A stretch of DNA of 37,148 nucleotides, from contig CT868672.1 in assembly GCA_000165425.1 (NCBI GenBank), positions 302,048-339,195 of the forward strand. Direction: 5' to 3'. This stretch comes from Paramecium tetraurelia (lineage: Eukaryota). Shown piece by piece: positions 24,353 to 37,148 of the stretch. Numbering within the stretch: the stretch's first letter is position 1; the number at the start of each line of letters is the position of its first letter. The translations under genes were made by a program, and so were the position numbers. The notes beneath the pieces are model-generated. The model saw nothing but the letters and a program-made list of their open reading frames with translations, was not told where the DNA came from and made no database searches.

Positions 24353-25187
24353 TTATATATTTTACTAATTTATTAAGAAGAAAAGAATTATATAAATTTT
24401 AATAATAAATACATATAGAAATACAAAAACCATATGAGTACATTTTCAAAAATTAATTTAAATCATATCCTATTATTACTTACTATTAATTAAAATTCAT
24501 AACTAATCGTAGTTTGACTGTCCAATAATAAAAGTTTATATTTAAATATAAAAATAATTTCTTTTTATGATTATAAAACATCAACAAGATCAGACTTTAC
24601 ATAATCTATAGCTTCTTCTAGTTACATATACCAATAAAACTTGGACTTCTTATTCTTAAAATCATATTCTTCCTTTCTAGAATAGGCTTTTCCTTTTATT
24701 GGTATCTAAAAAATATAGATTTATATTTATATCAAAGAGGAACTATTAAATAGCTCATTTAAGAATCGAAAGAGATAAACTGTAACATTTTCCAAATTAA
24801 ATGTGAAACCATAACTATATTAAAAAACTGTGATTATCAAAAATTTTCTAAGAACTTAATGGCTTTAATTTAATTAGAGAATAAGTCTAAAAGTAGAAGG
24901 GATTTGATTGTTAAAATCCATTAATCTCATAAATTACTAATTTAAATTTCAATAGCAAGAAAAGTCTTTAATTTCAAAAAGATATTCCAAACAACAACTA
25001 TGATCCAGAACAAAGAATACAAATACATTTTTATTATAGTTTCCTTTGACAGTATTTAAAATTATATAATTTTGCAGAATCGAGCCTTCAATTTATATTT
25101 TTCTTTCTTTCCCTTTTATCTCAATAGAATAATATTTTAATTCTATTTGATTTCATATTAAGGTGAAAATAGATAACTAGAATATTA

Positions 25188-26126
25188 ATGAAATAAGAAA
25201 TTATGAGCAACAATATAGTTTACCAGAATTCAAAACCCCACTAATTTATGGAATATAACCCAGCATATGAATAATAATAATAATAAATATAGATCTAAAA
25301 ACTTAACCAAAAGTAATATGAAGAAGTATAATCTATTCGATATTACATCTATGATAATCTACAATTCCTGATTAACTTACTTTACTCCTCAAAAGCAGTC
25401 AATGAGCATTTTGAAAATGACCCTCAACATCCTATGAGAATAATTGCAAGAAATAAAATAACTCTTTAGTTAAATTTATCGAATAGCATCCAATTTGACT
25501 AATCATTCTAATATAAATCTGATTCTAAATTAAACCAAGTATTACAAATGGAAAAATAAAATGCCAAATAGTTATTAGAGCAACTTTCGCCAGAGTTTAA
25601 ATAAGAATTTGCAAACTATTTAGAAATATACAAAAAAAGTAGTTTAGATTAGAATATTGAAATGCGTTCATTAAATTTGGAATAAACTAATCTCGAAACA
25701 AAATTCGATTCTAATGTTCTGCAATCTATAATAAATTCAATTTAATAAGTGGATAAAACAACTTAATAATTTAGAGAATAAAAAGCATACAATATACCGA
25801 ACATTTAAGATATATTAACAAATGCAAAGTAAATATTTAAATTATAAAAAGCAACTACTATGAAAAAACAAAATAATAACTTGACAATAATTATCCAAAT
25901 CAAAACCAGATATAAATAGAACTATAAGAAATAAGTTTAAAACAAGACTTGCCAACCACTGAATCTAAAAAAAAAAGTACATTAATAATTGATATTTTAA
26001 GGACCATTTAATCGCCCTAAAAATGGCAAAAAGAATGTTGGAATTCAAAAAAGAAAAATCTATAAAGATACTTTATAAAGAAATAAGAATCATTCTAATT
26101 AATAACACTAAGGGGATAGTAGTTGA
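25188..26126 (+). CDS. Hypothetical Q/N/K-rich protein (3' end uncertain)
   Basis: About 260 open codons from MKQEIMSNNIVYQ... to an intron-like segment at ~25977-26001. The downstream frame and stop are ambiguous. Confidence 0.4.
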
Positions 26127-26599
26127 TAATAGTTTTTATATTTTTATAATGTATAAAAAATTTTTATGATCAAACACGGTAGTATTTAGCAGCATAAACA
26201 GATTCTGTTTATAACTAAACCAAATAAAAATGTATATCTAAAAATATCTGTAATATTGTATTTTAAGAATTTAAAGCGTTCATAGAGATGAGAATAATAT
26301 AAATTATTTAAATGTTTAATTATATACGCCTAAAATTTCAATAGAAAATCAGTAAATTTTTTTAGTCAAAATTAATCAATTAATGATGTTGCCATTATCC
26401 AGCTATTTTTAAAAAATTTGTGATTAAGTTAATAATCAATATGGTTTAGAAAAATTGTGAGAATAAATAAAATGTGTAAAGTATATTTCTATCTTATTTA
26501 TCATCTGCAATGTTATAATGATGGATTATAGCAACTCTTTAGGGAGTTCTAAGACTTATACGAATGTTCCTGTTTGAATAGCAGAAATAATCAAAAAAA

Positions 26600-27950
26600 T
26601 TATTTTTTAATTTATCTCTTATTTGATTGCTCTCATTAAAATTAAAGGATAAATAGACAAATTAATACTGATATGACTTCCAATAATGAAATTAGAGTAG
26701 AAATTTAATTTTGTTAATAAATTAATACCTTGATATAATTTACATTTATGATGAGAATATTAATTCTTTAGGAAATCTCTCTTATTTTTGTTATAATTAT
26801 TTTATATTTTTCTTAGAGAATGAGTTTAACCTCCTTTCCTCTAATATTGATAATTTAATTTCAAGAGATGGTAGAAATAATAAGATCATATTATTTTAAA
26901 TACCAAAATTAAATTATAAAATATTATCCATCCTTGATGATATTTTTTTTAAACCAATTAACAAATGTATTTATTCAAATCAGCAGAATTAATGCCATCA
27001 AATCTAGTAATATATTTTTGAAATTATTGATCCCAGATGTTATTTTCTTCCTCATTTCATTTAGCAATTAATATCAAGTGTGATAATATATCCAATACCT
27101 AAATTGCACTTTTTTAATCAATCCCCTTATAAATCCTTATCGGTATCATAACATCTAAAATTGAAATTACATAGCTTTTGACAACTTGATAAGCTGGGAG
27201 GTAATCTATATCTTCAATCAAATCATTTTTAGTATTTTGTGGTCGTTCATTTCCTCATTAGTAATCAATATGTTTCCTCTTACTAATTATATTAATGAGC
27301 CGAAGCAATTTCATCTAGCAAAACAATTTTTTGTTTGACTTTAATAATCACATTTACTTTACTTCATCAAAGTAACCAGAGTGTATCTTCAGACATCAGA
27401 TAACTTACGAATAAAGAAGCCAGAATAGCTTTCAGAGTTTTTCATACCTTAACCACCCTCCTAGATAATTGAAATGAGGCTTTTTACTTGGCAGATAATT
27501 CTCAGAATCAGCTTAGTTCAATCATAGGTCTTGTGTGGATAATAGTTTTTTAACTCGAGGTCTCTCAAAATGACAGAGGGAAAGTGGCTGAGAAGCATAT
27601 AGCGGCAATGATGTTTATGTTATTATGTAGTATCTTTAAGTATTAAACTAAATTACGCAAAGGTAGTATGATATTCGTAAAGTGAATGAATTTATGGTTC
27701 TTGTTGTTCAACAACAAAAGAGGGAATCTTGGAAAATTAATGCAGTTTTTAAACAAATAATTGGTTTTAGACTTATAATTTATCTTCTATTTATTTAACA
27801 TCATTCTTATTGTCCTTTTCGTTATAAAAATATTATGGATGTTAATTAAAGATTTGGTTGTAATTTAGAAATGTAATACTGGATCTTCATAATTTGTATA
27901 CTACATATAGCAGTCATAAGTGCTATAATTTGAATTACAAAGAAAATATT
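26600..27950 (-). pseudogene. Degenerate gene relic, family unidentified
   Basis: Coding-like patches and minus-strand tiny-intron-like segments (gtaatttagtttaatacttaaag, gtaagttatctgatgtctgaag), but repeated TGA and frame changes. Boundaries are approximate. Confidence 0.3.
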
Positions 27951-28205
27951 TATCTAGAAAATAATCCTAAACTAAACTTAGAAATAGAATAATTTTGAAA
28001 AAAATATATAGATATAGAAAATTTCTAAAAAGTTTTCTGTAATTTTTCATTCCTTTAATAAAGAGTTGCTAGAACTCCTAATTTTGTAATGTATTGAAAA
28101 ATTACTTTCTAAACAAGCATCATATGAAGATAAGGATTTTATTGATATTATATTAAATTGACAAAAAATATTATAATGAAAAATTGACAATCTATATTTA
28201 TTGAA

Positions 28206-29654
28206 TCAATCCAAATATTATCTTATCTAAATTGCCCCTGATCTATCATCCCAAGTTATTAAATATTCTCCATTATCCGTCATCTTCCCAAATATCACTT
28301 TAGTTTAGAAATCTATAGATTATATTGTTGCAAACTCATTATTTTAGTCTTTTTCGATTACATTAACACAACATCTATTTTTATTTATCAATATCTATTA
28401 TTATTAGACATACTATTAAGGGAAGAACCAAAAACAACCCCTATTTTTTTTCCTTTCACTTCCAACTCCAACCAAGACTTCTTTAGTTTTTATAAAATTA
28501 TTATTCACCTTGTCTAACTCATAAATGTGCATTTATTACCTCATTTCAGGTTAAAAAACAAAAATTTAGTCATTTATGAAACATAATCGTCTGCCCCATT
28601 AGTTAATCTGTATTATTTAAAATTCAAACCAAAATTTAGCATCTTTATCATATTAATGTATCAATATTTAATTGTCCTTTGAACAAGAGGCTAATTGATT
28701 TTCAGTTTCATTCAAGCTTATACAACTTACAAAACTAGAATGTCCTCCTATAGTTTAAGAACATTCCCATAAATCATTATCCTTCACCCAAAATTTTATA
28801 AGCATATCATCACTGCTGGATATTAATAGATCTTCATTTTTATTCATCAATAAACAATTAATTCCTCCTTAATGTCCTTCTAACCTTTATTTAATATCCC
28901 ATTTTTAATCATCTTTTAAATAGCAAACTGAAATTGTCTTATCGCAACTGCCTGATAAAAATTCGTTTGATTTTTTCATAAAATATTGACAATAAATGCT
29001 CTTCTTATGAAAATTAAGCTTTTAAATCATCTTTAATTATCCCTTTTTAAATTCAAAGACCTTTATTTTGCTTGAGTCATATCCTCCAATCATCAGAGTA
29101 TTAGTTGAATTAAAAGCAAATGTATTTATTTATTCATCCTTTATTGAATTAATCAACTCATACTTTAATGTCTTCATTTCCAATTAAACCTTCTTGGCAG
29201 GACGATCAAAATATTATTATGAGAAATCTTAAAGACCAATATAGATAGTCTCAATCATTCGTTCTGCACTCTTTGAAATCATTGATATGAGAGATTGTTT
29301 CTCTTTTCTAAACTTTATTTTAGAACATAGTAAATCATTTAATTGGTTTAAATCTAATCTGTTTAACTCCTCTTCACTTATCGAGCAATCAAATTTTAAT
29401 TCTTCCTTCAGTGTAAAATACAATCTTTAAATCTGATCAATATTTTTTTCTAGTTCAAAATTTAAATCTTCATCACTTTTATTTATGTATTATCTCCCGA
29501 AATCCTTAATCTTCTAAACATCTTTAATGTGAGTCTTGTGTTTCTCATTTTACAAACACTTAAAACAAAATATCCTAAAATCTCTGCATTATTCATTTGT
29601 ACAAAGATATTCTACATCTGTCTCATGATCAGGAATATTGCAATTCTAATTCAT
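28206..29654 (-). CDS. WD40-repeat protein with N-terminal Cys/His (B-box-like) Zn-binding motif and coiled coil
   Basis: MNQNCNIPDHE..YLCTNEQC..FCFKC...HKTH; LEGHQGGINCLLMNKNEDLLISSSDDMLIKFW; GHSSFVSCISLNETENQLASCSKD; FFPQQY; GEYLITWD. Intronless, 482 aa. Confidence 0.92.
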
Positions 29655-32275
29655 TATATTTATTATTACTCTCATTTTCTAGATCCTATATACCTTTACA
29701 TTTGAATATAAAAATTTGTAACATTGTATGGTATTATTTAACAAATAGTAAATTATTTTCTTTATATAAATAATAGCATAATTAATATGTTTTCTAGATA
29801 TCTATTAATTTTTAGTATCATCTTTTAATATGATTTTATAATATTTTGAGATTTTTGTTATTTATAAAGGAAATTATTATTGCTTGATTTCACTTATAAT
29901 TAATAATTCTTTATGGTGGATTTTTTTATCTTAACCTATTATTCTTCATTTATTTGAATGACTTTAAATTTCTTCAAAGTGAGTATTATAAAGTGTTTGT
30001 TTTTCTAATCAATTACGATGGTATAATTTAAATTAAGTAATTGATGTTCATTGGGTCTATTTGATTTCATTTTCGATTTTCATAGATAGTTATTTTGAAG
30101 ATATGGAAATAAGATGTATTTTTGTATAAATATTTAATACAGCGAAATCAAATTCAAATTTTCTGTAATTTTATAAGGATGATTCGAATTTAAACTTTTA
30201 ATTATCGTCAGAGAAACTTTTGATACTTATTTATAGGGCAAGAAGCTGTAACTTAACAAAAGAACAATAACTCCTTTTTAGGTTAAAATTACTATGACAA
30301 TTATTGAAATTATATTTGTATTTAGCCAATTAGGTGAACTTTGTTGGAATCTCTAGTTGCTGAAAATTTTAATACGACTTTTATGGTGAGATATGTAGGA
30401 TCACAGTTAAAAAAAATTATCCTTAGGGATAAGAAAGAGACCTTAGGTAATAAATGAAATATTCTGGATATAATAGAAATCTGGATAAATCTTACTTTAT
30501 TAACCTTTTTCTAAGTCTCCGAATATTTTCCCCTACATAAAAACATTTTAATAATCCAAAATTCAAATTTTTAAACTTTCAATTTTTTTATCTTTCTCTA
30601 TTTTCAATGAGTGGTTTTCAGTATAAAATATTTCTTCTTCCTATAATAATTTCACATTTTTCAAATTAGTAGATAAAATTATTTGTTTTTATATATTTAA
30701 ATTAATGTAATATATAAGAATAATTTGATATATTCACTATTATTTTTAATAGAATTAAGAATATGGTTAAGGGACTCAATTGTCCTGTTTACCAATCAAT
30801 CATATTTTGTTGTTGAATAGATAAAGTATAAAAATTAAAGAGATAATTCGTAGAAACCATAATAAGAAAAATGATTCGTCAATAGACATACTTTTGATTT
30901 CCTGAAAATTGTGTACTCATATAAATGAGCAGTGTGGGTATGATGTTCTTAATTAGAAAATTGAAATTTATCAAGCCAATACATTCTGAATGTTAAGATT
31001 AAATCAATCTATGAATATAAATGTATAAAATAAATGAGGATTTTCATCTAGACAGAACATTAATGTAGAAAAGAAGTATCACTAAAAAAAGTAATCAATA
31101 TCTTTTTTTAAGTAAAAGCAAAAACATTGGAAAAATGCCAATGAAATCAAAGAATTTTAGGAATTATGATTGAAATATATTCAAATTAGAATAAAATATA
31201 TTTCTAACATATATCCTTATGGTTTATCCAAGTTTGCATGCTTAAATTTAATTATCAATATCAAAATAATGGCTTGTAACTAGCACTTAAAACAAAAGTA
31301 AGTTTTGACGTTAAAAAACATTAGAACATTTAAAATATAAATGATTAATTGTAGTGCTCTAGATTTCATTCTTTTCTCAATAATTGTAATCAAATTATAA
31401 GTTATAAATTTATGGATATTTAATGATGAAATTTTAACAACATAAATTGTATGTATGATAAATTGGTACTGTTGAATTAATTTCTAGAATATAGTATAAT
31501 ATTAAAAATAAATAGTTGTTTACCATTAATTTTTTTCTCTATTTCTATATTTAACCTATTTATAAGTACATTTAGGATAAATATTAATTTTCTCAACCAT
31601 TTTGATACCCATCCTGTTTAGAACTTTCATTCTTAAAAACGAAGAAATCAATACTTGCAAATCAGTAATATTGATTACTAGAATTAAGAATTAAACATCT
31701 GCAAAAACAAATTTTATATTCAAATTGTTTTCTAGTTGAATTGGTTTTTTATATAAACAAAGGAATCCCTTTTTTTTTGAGTTAATTACACATTCTAATG
31801 AGGAATTAATCAATCTTAAAAAATATACTAAACTGAATAGTTTTCAAAATGGCATAATGTGATATTAAGACAAGAAAAATTGAAAGGTAGTTTTTTTTGA
31901 TTATAATTTTATATCATTAACATTTCATTAAAGTGTTTGCTACATTTAAATACGATTTGTAATTTAATTATTGTGAACCCTATATCAACTTCTGATTATA
32001 CATCGCTAACTATGTTAAATTCATAAATTAACTAAAATTGAAGATTAATTGTTATTTATATATTTAATTATTTTAATCAGTTATTCGTTAGTTCTTTTAA
32101 AAATCTTATAGGCTTCTTTCTTCCGTATGAAGTATCTAATAGTTTAAATAAAATTTAAATGGATTGAAGTGAAATAAAATTACTAAAAAAGGAAATTATT
32201 ATCTTTATAATCTTATAATCTAGTCTCATTTAAACTCAAGAATATCAAAAAGTGTTTTTATATTAAATATAATAG

Positions 32276-33205
32276 ATGTCTTGCCAGACTATTAGATAAA
32301 TTCTATCGGGTTTTCATAAGCAATCTCATGCTTTATCCAATTAATTAAATTAATTTCTTTTTCTACATATGGCAATTAATAATGTAATGGATGTTGTTGA
32401 TGCAATACTTTCATTAATCTAGTGTATCGCTGATATAGAGAGGCTTGATATTAACATTTCAATAGGAATGGTGTGTAGAATAATATTTTTTGTTATCGTA
32501 ATCATTTTGAGAGATTTAAAAAGTTACCCTTTAAATGAATTAATAGCATAAATTGTGGCATGGTTGGTTTTTCATATATATATTTTATATTTAGAAAAAG
32601 ATTACTTTTCACTAGGAGAATCAAAAATATTTTAGAGAGAAAGAAACTTTAAAATTATGGATACGTTGTAGTTAATCATAGGAACAACATATTTGGCCTG
32701 CACTCTTGGGTCTACATTAGAAATATTAGCTTTAGTATTTTTTTCAATTAACTTATTTTGTAATTGTTGCGAATTAATTTATATTTAATTCATCAGAAAA
32801 ACACATTCTAATGATTATAGTAAGTAAGGAGGATATAAGGAAATGTATTTTGGGTTCTTTTTAGGATCTATAGGTGTAATTATTTTTTTGATAAGCTCTG
32901 CTTCTAAATATTCTTCAGAAATTCGCGAATCAGGAACTTTGGGTGCTGCATTGTATTTAACAATAATTGGTGAAATTTTAGTCGTAATTTTCTCATTCTT
33001 CTTCTTCTGTAGCCATAGAGAAAGCATCTCTTGCGCATCAGATTGGACTAAAAGAATTTTAGCATTACTTTATGGTCTTAATGTTGGATGTTTCAGTATT
33101 TTTTATGGATTTTTAACAGGAGTCGCAGCTCTTTGTTATTTAATCTATTCAATATGTAAAAAAAAAGAGGAATCAAATGACAGAGAAAAAGTACCTACTT
33201 CATGA
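32276..33205 (+). CDS. Multi-pass (~7-8 TM) membrane protein of unknown family
   Basis: Continuous 930-nt table-6 ORF that extends track ORF 32843-33205 upstream, with several hydrophobic helices. The start could instead be ATG 32369 or 32387. Confidence 0.75.
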
Positions 33206-34313
33206 TAGAATTGAACATAATTTTCATTAGCATATGTTTTTATTTGAAAGTGGTTATTAAATACTAATTCTTTCATTAATTTATCTTGATTTACATCTAT
33301 TTGGATGATAAATTGATTTTCTTATATCCTTTTGCTTTACTGTCTTTTCTTGAGGTTTATCCTATGAATTTTTTCTCAGATTAGATAAAACATACAACAA
33401 AAGTTTACATTCTAATTTTAGGAAAATAAATAATTTGAAGTAAACAATACTTTAGTTCTTCAATAAATAGTGATTTTCTCATTATTTGAAAGTATTTTAA
33501 AACTCTTCCTATCAATTCTGTTTTAAAAGCATTGATTTTTATTTATTTTGAAATAAATTTGTTTTGCTCTATTTGGAAATATCACTATTGACCTTTCTTC
33601 AATAATTTCTTGAATAACCTTTTAGTTTTTAAGGCTTAATTCTTTTTGTAAAATTTAAAAGTAATTTTTAGGTTTGTAAACATTTGGTTGTAGTTTATTT
33701 CGAATAAACTTGATATTTATGTATTGAGGAACTAATTTTATTTCTATTCTGTTATTTTCTATCTAATCATAAAGTATTATTTGGCTACTTATTTTTATAA
33801 TTTGACTTTGATTAATTTTTCTATAAAAGAATGCTATTGATATAAAAGCGATTGATTTAGAGATCAATAACTTTTAAGAGAATCGAATTTTCAATTGAAG
33901 GTAAAACGTTTCTTTTTAAAATTATATTCCCTTAAATGATTTGCCTATGAAGTTTGATTTTCAAATCGATTCGAAATAGATTCAGATAATTTACTTTAGA
34001 TTAATAGGTAAGGATTTCTATCTTATTATAGAAATTATTGCATTCATTTTTAATTTACAGAAAAAATGAATACCAAAGTCATTATTTTCTTATTGAGAGT
34101 TATAATCATTGAAATATATTATCTTTGCATAAATCAAGCCACTTCTTATTTAGTAATAATCATTATGCTAACAAAATTCAAACTTTCTTGTTCAATCAAA
34201 TAATGTGATTTCTTTTCAAATAATAATAAAATAAATGTGGGTTTAATAAGAATGTAAATTTATTGCCAAATTTTAATAGAAAGATAAAGTAGAATCAGTA
34301 AATAAATAATAAA

Positions 34314-35669
34314 ATGAATTCTCAGTAGATCGTTGCCTAATTAAACAATAAAGTTGAAGAGTGTCTTTAAGATGTTTAATAGCAGTTAGATGTAAGTTAT
34401 TCAAATTGATTTTATGATTAGTCTTCTTTCAGGAGAATTGAGGCTTTTATTGATTAATTTGCTCTTCCTCCTTATTAATCTGATCCTAACAAAAATGTTG
34501 ATTTTGCTCGTCCACCTGTTGAAATATAGCCACTTAAACAAACATTAGCTAATTAAATTACTCAAGGAATTAAACCAATAACCCATTTAGCAATACCTCA
34601 ATAAAATAAATAAAACCAAGTTTAACTCACTCAATTATAATCCAAACAAATATAAGTATAATAAGATGAATTAAAAGATTCAATAACCAATAATGGTGAT
34701 TAATTAAACCTAAAGCCATTACCTTATATCCTATTATAGTCCAGTTTAATCTAATAAAGTGAATCGTGTTATGCAATTGCTATTAATAAAGATAATTAAA
34801 TTGTAGTAGCTGGGTCTTGTAATAAAATCAAGGTATTTGAATTCAAATAAGAGTAATTGAAACAAACTTAACTTCTAAGTGTACATCAGCGTCATATTAC
34901 TACTTTAAATTTTATGAAAAAATAGGATCAATTTATATCAGGGGATTAAGGTGGATTGATTATAAAATGGTTTATGAATGAAAATAGTTAATGGATATAG
35001 TAATAAAAACTTAATGAACATTCTAAATGCATTAATTGTTTAGTTATTAACAATAATGAAGATCTTTTGATATCAGGAAGTGATGATTGTACAATTAAAT
35101 TTTGGAAAAAGTAGAATGAATGGATATGTTCATAATCTATTACAGATCATACAAACTACGTATTAGGATTAAGTTTGAATGACTAATAGAATAGAGTGAT
35201 AACTTGTGGGTAGGATAATGTAATATTAATTATTGAATTGTCACCCTAAGATGAAAAATGGAATATTATATAAATGATATCAGTTGAAAAATGTGGTTAT
35301 CGATTATGCATCATCGATGACAAGATATTTACATTTTAACCTGATAATAAAAGGTAGATGGATGTATATGAGACGAGTAGTAATAATAAATGGTACTCAA
35401 AGAAAAAATAAATTGCTGTTAAAAGTGGTGAGAGTTGTAATTATTATTTTCCTTAATAATATCTAAAGTAGAAATGTCTGCTAGTGAATAAAAATGGATA
35501 CAATATTAATTTACTAAGGAAGGACCAAAATGATGATTTTATAACTCTATAATCTATTGATTTTGGGGATAATTATATATTTGGATAAATGAGTGAAGAT
35601 GGAAAATATTTGATTACTTGGGATGGTAAATCAAATCAATTTTAAATTAGAAAATATAATTACAAATGA
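34314..35669 (+). CDS. WD40-repeat protein, paralogous family to 28206-29654
   Basis: IKVFEFKQ, LNEHSKCINCLVINNNEDLLISGSDDCTIKFW, YFPQQYLKQKCLLVNKNG, GKYLITWD. One 30-nt intron at 34392-34421 containing an in-frame TGA. Confidence 0.9.
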
Positions 35670-35799
35670 ACAATATTATTATAATTATTCATTATTTATT
35701 CATTTTGATATACAAATGAATTTGTGATCCTTTAAGGAAAGTTGAAGAAAATTTAATAATTTCTTTGTTATATTTAAAACATAGAATATAAACAAATAA

Positions 35800-36900
35800 A
35801 TTTAATATGATGAGATTCATCTTTTAATGAATATCTAATGGTCATAACTATCTCCATGTGGCAGATTTCTAATATTTATATGTCTTTATTTGGGCAATAA
35901 AATGAAGCTTTTATTCTTAAAGCAAATATATCCTATCCTTAATTAACCTTTTGATTCTTCATTATTTAAGGATCAATTTCAATAGAAAAAATAATTTGAT
36001 AGTTTGGATATTCGTAAACCCATTATCTCACATATATCAGCTGATCTATTTCTGAATTAAAGAGTTTAACACTGGATAATTTAATCAACCCTTTATAAAT
36101 AGAGATCCCTTAAATATATCATTCGACTAATTTATTTTCATAGTAATACCAGAATTAAAAATGAGAAAATACAAGTCTTAATCTCCTGTGGGATTGAATG
36201 TATGTTAATCATAATAATGATGATTTATGTCTATGAATGACACAATTTTACTGATCTAATCTCAACCTGTCAAATTTATAAACCTGAGTTCTAGACATTC
36301 TAATTTTACATTTTCCATATAAACTTATCTAACCTTCTCTTTTAATAATTAACATTAGACTTAAATTCTGCTCAAAGCACTTTTTAGGTTTACAATTAAG
36401 ATGAGTGACTTAACTTATAGAACAATTACTATTTTTTCCTTTAATTTAGTTGCATATCAGAGATTAATTTAATAAAGATATTTCCATCCACAATAATTCT
36501 AAACCCACTTTTTATGGAGTTTTGATATATTGCTTTTATCAATCTAAAATTAAAATAAACATGATCTATTTGCTTTTATTTTTAATTTAATAATTTTTAA
36601 TCTTGTTCCCTTGTTAAAATGTTGAATTAGCCCAAATTTCTTTTATGATCAGAAAAATACCAACCCTATCTTTTATAATATAATTTTTTAGCAATTATAC
36701 AGTATTTTCCTAATTATTGAGATATTAATATTTTCAATTTTGTTATCATTAATAGAAATAAAGTCATTAAATGCAATAAATTCATCCTTTTTGATTTTTT
36801 TGATTACTTCATCTATTAAATTGCCATATATTAAAGAAAGCAGGAATTTTAATTTTTTTTCTTTCAAAAGCTTTCCTTCTTTACACATTGGTGAAAAAAA
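35800..36900 (-). pseudogene. Decayed gene relic, weakly resembling a P4-type ATPase (flippase)
   Basis: Broken frames yield FRIIVDGNIFIKLI and LRISKLSNYFFY*N, similar to P4-ATPase LVIDG and RISKxILYFFYKN. There are multiple TGA and shifts, and no DKTGT/GDGAND motifs were seen. Confidence 0.25.
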
Positions 36901-37148
36901 TTGAGATTTAAGAAATAATGTACAACATTAACCCATAAGATAAGGTTTTCAAAATAATACCACAAGTTATTCATTCATCTAATTGTATTTGAAATGCTAA
37001 AAATTATAAATATTAGATTGAAAACCTAGAAAATGGAGGAAGCATAGAAAGAAAACTTTATTTCAACCTTAAATATCATTACAATAAAACCAAGAGGATT
37101 TGCAATAATTTTATTGAATCGAGAATAGAATTAAAATTATCAAAGTGT

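Larger units (their letters stand above)
1..37148. other. Ciliate (Paramecium-like) macronuclear DNA: TAA/TAG=Gln, TGA=stop, tiny 21-31 nt introns
   Basis: Conserved proteins (IDH, kinases, His kinase, WD40) read through in-frame TAA/TAG and end at TGA. More than 30 GT..AG introns of 21-31 nt restore frame. A trichocyst-matrix-type gene is present. Confidence 0.96.

Noticed and set aside
24430..25180. Coding-like patches on the plus strand
   Set aside because: No consistent ATG-to-TGA model or recognisable domain.
29700..32270. Long AT-rich gap as possible germline-limited DNA, IES or transposon
   Set aside because: I found no TA-bounded IES consensus ends, terminal inverted repeats, transposase motifs or telomeric C4A2/C3A3 repeats by eye.
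32735..32796. Apparent ~60-nt intron in the multi-TM gene
   Set aside because: It reads through in frame as a hydrophobic helix and is too long for a typical Paramecium intron.
33230..34050. Minus-strand open stretches between the TM and WD40 genes
   Set aside because: Frames are broken and no family is recognisable; not supportable as a CDS.
1..37148. Frequent in-frame TAA/TAG read as pseudogenisation or novel recoding
   Set aside because: Explained by the well-known ciliate code (table 6).

Overview
AT-rich, gene-dense ciliate DNA, most likely a Paramecium macronuclear chromosome. TAA/TAG encode Gln and only TGA stops (translation table 6), and genes are split by 21-31 nt GT..AG introns. 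The supplied standard-code ORF track is therefore mostly fragments or antisense shadows, so I retranslated the genes by hand. The left part (1-~20.3 kb) is tightly packed. It holds a Pro/Gln-rich MORN protein, a CAMK-like kinase, a pseudokinase, an eIF2-alpha-kinase-like protein, a trichocyst matrix/Grl-type precursor, an MFS transporter with two non-canonical splice sites, NAD-IDH catalytic subunit, a hybrid histidine kinase and an IQ-motif protein. The right part (~20.3-37 kb) is sparser: expanded families (two paralogous WD40 genes, Cys-rich surface proteins, a multi-pass membrane protein) among decayed gene relics. I saw no RNA genes, transposons, CRISPR arrays, telomeric repeats or clear IESs, and I cannot support a wholly new multi-gene system. 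The best leads are the GT..TG and GG..AG introns in the MFS gene, the pseudokinase with three stopless 21-nt introns, and the atypical eIF2-alpha-kinase-like protein. All family assignments are from motif recognition, not database searches.
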